From the IMG/VR virus record IMGVR_UViG_3300037511_000186, positions 1 to 44,835 of that record: DNA of 44,835 nucleotides, one strand, 5' to 3'. This DNA comes from a virus. The notes under the pieces are model-generated. The model did not search any database, was not told where the DNA came from, and saw only the letters and a list, made by a program, of their open reading frames with translations. The position numbers and the translations under genes were made by a program. This document shows, in pieces, positions 41,798 to 44,835 of this stretch (within the stretch, counting starts at the first letter, position 1; each line of letters opens with the position of its first letter).

Positions 41798-42921
41798 TGG
41801 CAATTTTTGAAACCTTTACCTTACTATTTAAAACGGATAGTGCGCAACTAAAAAAAGAAGTTGATGACGTTAAGAAAAAAACGTCAGAAACGACTGAAGT
41901 TTTCAAAGATGTACAAGATCAAACTAAAAAAACCGATAATGAATTTATAAATTTAAGTAAATCTCTTGCTGCTGTTGCCGCTACCTATTTTGGTGCTGCT
42001 TCAGTTATCGGGGGCTTTAAATCTTCTCTTTCCCAAACGACTAATCTATCCCAATTATCCAAACAATTAGATGTTGATATCGAAACATTAGATGCTTGGG
42101 GAAGAGCGGTAGAGAATTCCGGAGGTAGCGCAGCTTCGTTTCAAAGTTCCTTACAATCTCTTGCTGAAACCTTTAATACCAGTGGTGCCGTGGCTTTAGA
42201 ATACCTTCCAAAGCTTGCGGAAAAATTTCAAAATCTTACAGCTACACAAGCTCAAATATATGGTAAGAGACTAGGGTTATCTCCAGATATTATAACTTTC
42301 ATACGACAAGGTCGTTTAAGTATAGAGTCTCAAGTTGAAGAACAAAAAGCTATAGGCGTTACCACACAAAAAGATACTGAACTTGCAGAAAAGTATAATG
42401 CCGCCACGGGTAAATTATCTGATTCTTTTGATGATTTAAAAAGAGCCATCTTAGAGGATGCCTTACCGGAGCTAACTAAACTTGTAGAAGTTTTAACTGC
42501 TATTGTACAATTCTTTACCAGAAATAAAGAGAATGACGGCGAAGTTCCTTACAAAACCCCTTCATGGAAAGAAATTTTTAGTGGGAATGTACCGTTTATA
42601 GTCGAAAAAAATAATAAAACATCTTCACCCGTGGAACAAGGTAAGAATGAACAGGTCCCCCTGCCTCCTATTCCCGGTTATAACGATACTTATGAGACTC
42701 CGGCATCTTTTAATCAGATGCCCTATTTACCGCCGATAATACCTCAAGTTAGCAATTCTCAAGCACGTAGCCTTTACGTAGGGGATGTTACTATTAATAC
42801 CACCGCACAGGATGCTAAGGGTATAGGTAGGGATATTGTAGGACAGATAGATAATCAAAGTGAATTTTTAAATCAACTCCAGCAAAGTAATGCTAATTTC
42901 GACAATGGGGTGGTAATTTAA
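41797..42921 (+). CDS. tape measure protein
   Basis: 374 aa. It has a coiled-coil N-terminus, a hydrophobic stretch AAVAATYFGAASVIGGF, and follows the chaperone pair. Confidence 0.7.
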   Translation: MAIFETFTLLFKTDSAQLKKEVDDVKKKTSETTEVFKDVQDQTKKTDNEFINLSKSLAAVAATYFGAASVIGGFKSSLSQTTNLSQLSKQLDVDIETLDAWGRAVENSGGSAASFQSSLQSLAETFNTSGAVALEYLPKLAEKFQNLTATQAQIYGKRLGLSPDIITFIRQGRLSIESQVEEQKAIGVTTQKDTELAEKYNAATGKLSDSFDDLKRAILEDALPELTKLVEVLTAIVQFFTRNKENDGEVPYKTPSWKEIFSGNVPFIVEKNNKTSSPVEQGKNEQVPLPPIPGYNDTYETPASFNQMPYLPPIIPQVSNSQARSLYVGDVTINTTAQDAKGIGRDIVGQIDNQSEFLNQLQQSNANFDNGVVI

Positions 42922-43475
42922 TGGCGACGGGAATTTCAATTATTGATACACTTTTACCGAGCTTTGCTTCGGATAGAGTTGGAGTATTCACGCAAGACTA
43001 CGAACCTTTGTTTAGAGATGCGCGAGCTATTAAAGCAGACATTAAAGAACAAGCAAAGATAATGGAACACCCTATCGAGAATGGGGCCGTTATAACAGAC
43101 CATCGTGTGATTCTCCCCGTGGAAATAGAGCTATCAGTAATTCTGTTACCCAAGTCCTATCAAGACACATATAAGGCAATCAGATCTTATTATCTTAATG
43201 GCACTCTTTTGGTAGTACAAACCCTAACTGGTATTTATGAAAATCAAATAATAGCGGCAATGCCCCATGAAGAAACATCAGAACAATATGATGCAATTTC
43301 TTTAAATTTAAGTTTACGTGAAGCTCTTTTCGTAGCCCCTGCAGGTAACATAACACCGCTTAATCCGGAAGATAGCAACACTGTGGACCGGGGTCAACAA
43401 GGGATAAGTCCAGCTAATGCAACACAAATAGCATTAGCTATAGCAATATATCAATCTATTAATAATTTGTTATAG
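42921..43475 (+). CDS. tail/baseplate assembly protein (184 aa)
   Basis: TAATG coupling to the tape measure gene. Function inferred from position only. Confidence 0.5.
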   Translation: MATGISIIDTLLPSFASDRVGVFTQDYEPLFRDARAIKADIKEQAKIMEHPIENGAVITDHRVILPVEIELSVILLPKSYQDTYKAIRSYYLNGTLLVVQTLTGIYENQIIAAMPHEETSEQYDAISLNLSLREALFVAPAGNITPLNPEDSNTVDRGQQGISPANATQIALAIAIYQSINNLL

Positions 43476-43484
43476 GGGACATAA

Positions 43485-43805
43485 ATGAATTTAATACCTC
43501 TTGCTGCTGTTCCAAGTCAATCACTATCTATAACCTTGGATAGACAAAGATATGATTTGAGAATACACGATTGTGGTAATGACGTGATGTCGATTGATGT
43601 GACTATTAATAATGAAATAGTATTAACCGGTATACGTATGGTCCCCAACTACCCCATAATCGTTAGTAAATATATGCAAAATGGAAATTTTATTTTACAG
43701 ACAATGAATAATCAATATCCGGATTGGACTAGGTTTGGAATAGATCAAAATTTAATATACGCAAATCAAGCGGAAATAGGGGCTATTGATGGCAGTACTA
43801 CCTAA
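43485..43805 (+). CDS. tail/baseplate hypothetical protein (106 aa)
   Basis: Lies between the tape measure and hub genes. No motif recognised. Confidence 0.55.
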   Translation: MNLIPLAAVPSQSLSITLDRQRYDLRIHDCGNDVMSIDVTINNEIVLTGIRMVPNYPIIVSKYMQNGNFILQTMNNQYPDWTRFGIDQNLIYANQAEIGAIDGSTT

Positions 43806-44667
43806 CGAGCTTGCAGCGCCTAGTACCCAATCGGAACTTGATCTACGTATAGTACGATTAAAATTAGAAGTTAACGGCGTGATAAAAACTTATGAGAATC
43901 TTTTTATCTCAGCGGTTGGTGTAAAATACGCGAACCCACTGCAAGATGAAGCCGAGATAATACTATATAATTTAGATAAAGCAACTCAAGATTATATACT
44001 TACCGAAACATCACCCTATAATCTTAATCGTACTCCTAAAACCGTAATTCTAGAAGCGGGCAGACAATCCTACGGCACCTCGGTTATTTATGTGGGTAAT
44101 ATTATATATTCAAGCGTCACACAACCTCCAGATGTAGGGGTTATTTTAAGATGTATGACGGGTAATACCTTAAAAGGCAGTATTATTAGCCGTACTCAGC
44201 CCGGTACTACCACGCTGGAACAGATAGCTAATGCGGTCGGACAAGATTTAGATGTATTTGTTAATTTTCAAGCAGAGAATAAAGATATATCTAATTACGT
44301 ATACGCGGGTGCGGCCCTTCAACAAATAGAAGCTTTGTCTGCGTTAGGTAATCTAAACGTCTTTCTCGATGGAGACTCTTTGGTTGTCAAGAGTGCTGGA
44401 GCTGCGCTCAATGGTAATTTTAGAAAAATGTCTGCATCGACAGGCATGATTGGGATCCCTGAGCTTACGGAGCAGGGGGTAAGAGTCAAATTTTTTATTG
44501 ATAATAAAACGGTTCTTGGGGGTGGAATTGAGCTTCATAGCGACATTTATCCAACGGTTAACGGTTTTTATGTAATATATCAACTAGCTTTTATAATTAC
44601 TAATCGCATGGTTCCTTTTTATTATATTGCGGATTGTGCTTGGCTGCCTATAGATGGGGGTTCTTAA
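43789..44667 (+). CDS. baseplate hub protein (Mu gp44 / P2 gpD position)
   Basis: About 292 aa, directly upstream of the spike gene. I prefer the ATG at 43789 to the TTG at 43786. Function inferred from position and size. Confidence 0.5.
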   Translation: MAVLPNELAAPSTQSELDLRIVRLKLEVNGVIKTYENLFISAVGVKYANPLQDEAEIILYNLDKATQDYILTETSPYNLNRTPKTVILEAGRQSYGTSVIYVGNIIYSSVTQPPDVGVILRCMTGNTLKGSIISRTQPGTTTLEQIANAVGQDLDVFVNFQAENKDISNYVYAGAALQQIEALSALGNLNVFLDGDSLVVKSAGAALNGNFRKMSASTGMIGIPELTEQGVRVKFFIDNKTVLGGGIELHSDIYPTVNGFYVIYQLAFIITNRMVPFYYIADCAWLPIDGGS

Positions 44668-44835
44668 ATGCCAACTACGTATAACAATCCTTCGTTAGAT
44701 CCTGCAAATAATAATAGCCTTGCGGGCACGATTCGTTTCGCATTCGGTAAATTAATTCAAAATGTAAATGGTATGCTCCCAGCCCAAGTAATTGAGTACA
44801 ACAGGGAAACAAATCGAGTCCAAGTTCAAATATTA
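44668..44835 (+). CDS. baseplate central spike protein, 5' part (continues at 128 after the overlap)
   Basis: The ATG at 44668 directly follows the TAA of the hub gene. The frame is open to the window end (56 codons) and continuous with the frame ending at 652. Confidence 0.8.
   Translation, partial: MPTTYNNPSLDPANNNSLAGTIRFAFGKLIQNVNGMLPAQVIEYNRETNRVQVQIL
44709..44835. repeat. terminal direct overlap, identical to 1..127
   Basis: Same comparison as for 1..127. Confidence 0.95.

Overview
This window is a complete phage genome, not a chromosomal fragment. Bases 1-127 are identical to 44709-44835, so the unit length is 44,708 bp, the contig closes on itself, and the baseplate spike gene is split across the window ends.

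There are three transcription blocks:
1. A late plus-strand operon runs from about 24.1 kb through the window end and on to 4064. It encodes a small-terminase-like gene, a 4-kb cassette of fibre/beta-helix genes, large terminase, portal, Mu-F-like head protein, scaffold, decoration protein and major capsid protein. These are followed by a GH24 lysozyme, neck proteins, contractile-tail sheath and tube, a chaperone with a -1 frameshift, tape measure, baseplate and a collar-domain tail fibre.
2. A minus-strand early block (17496 down to 4120) holds about 35 tightly coupled genes, mostly ORFans. Recognisable products are a DUF2800-type Cas4-like nuclease, a gp2.5-like SSB, a family A DNA polymerase, a metallophosphoesterase and, last in the block, a clear CsrA homologue. 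Four copies of one conserved sigma70-type promoter punctuate it.
3. A plus-strand early block (17563 to 23682) encodes an SF2 helicase, a VRR-NUC nuclease, a mini TetR-like HTH protein and a primase-polymerase/SF3 helicase.

I found no integrase catalytic domain, lysogeny module, tRNA, CRISPR array, reverse transcriptase or transposase.

Most noteworthy, all unverified without database or structure searches:
- The helicase ends in two tandem integrase-type Arm DNA-binding domains.
- The largest non-coding region (490 bp, primase to terminase) is packed with inverted copies of a 10-bp motif and other repeats.
- The capsid decoration protein has a paralogue fused to a fibre/beta-helix domain. 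It lies in a cassette that separates the small and large terminase genes.
- The phage carries csrA.
- The two early blocks start from overlapping, mutually exclusive divergent promoters.

Promoter and Shine-Dalgarno style plus csrA suggest a Gram-negative host. That is inference only. Functional calls rest on motifs I recognise from memory and on gene order.
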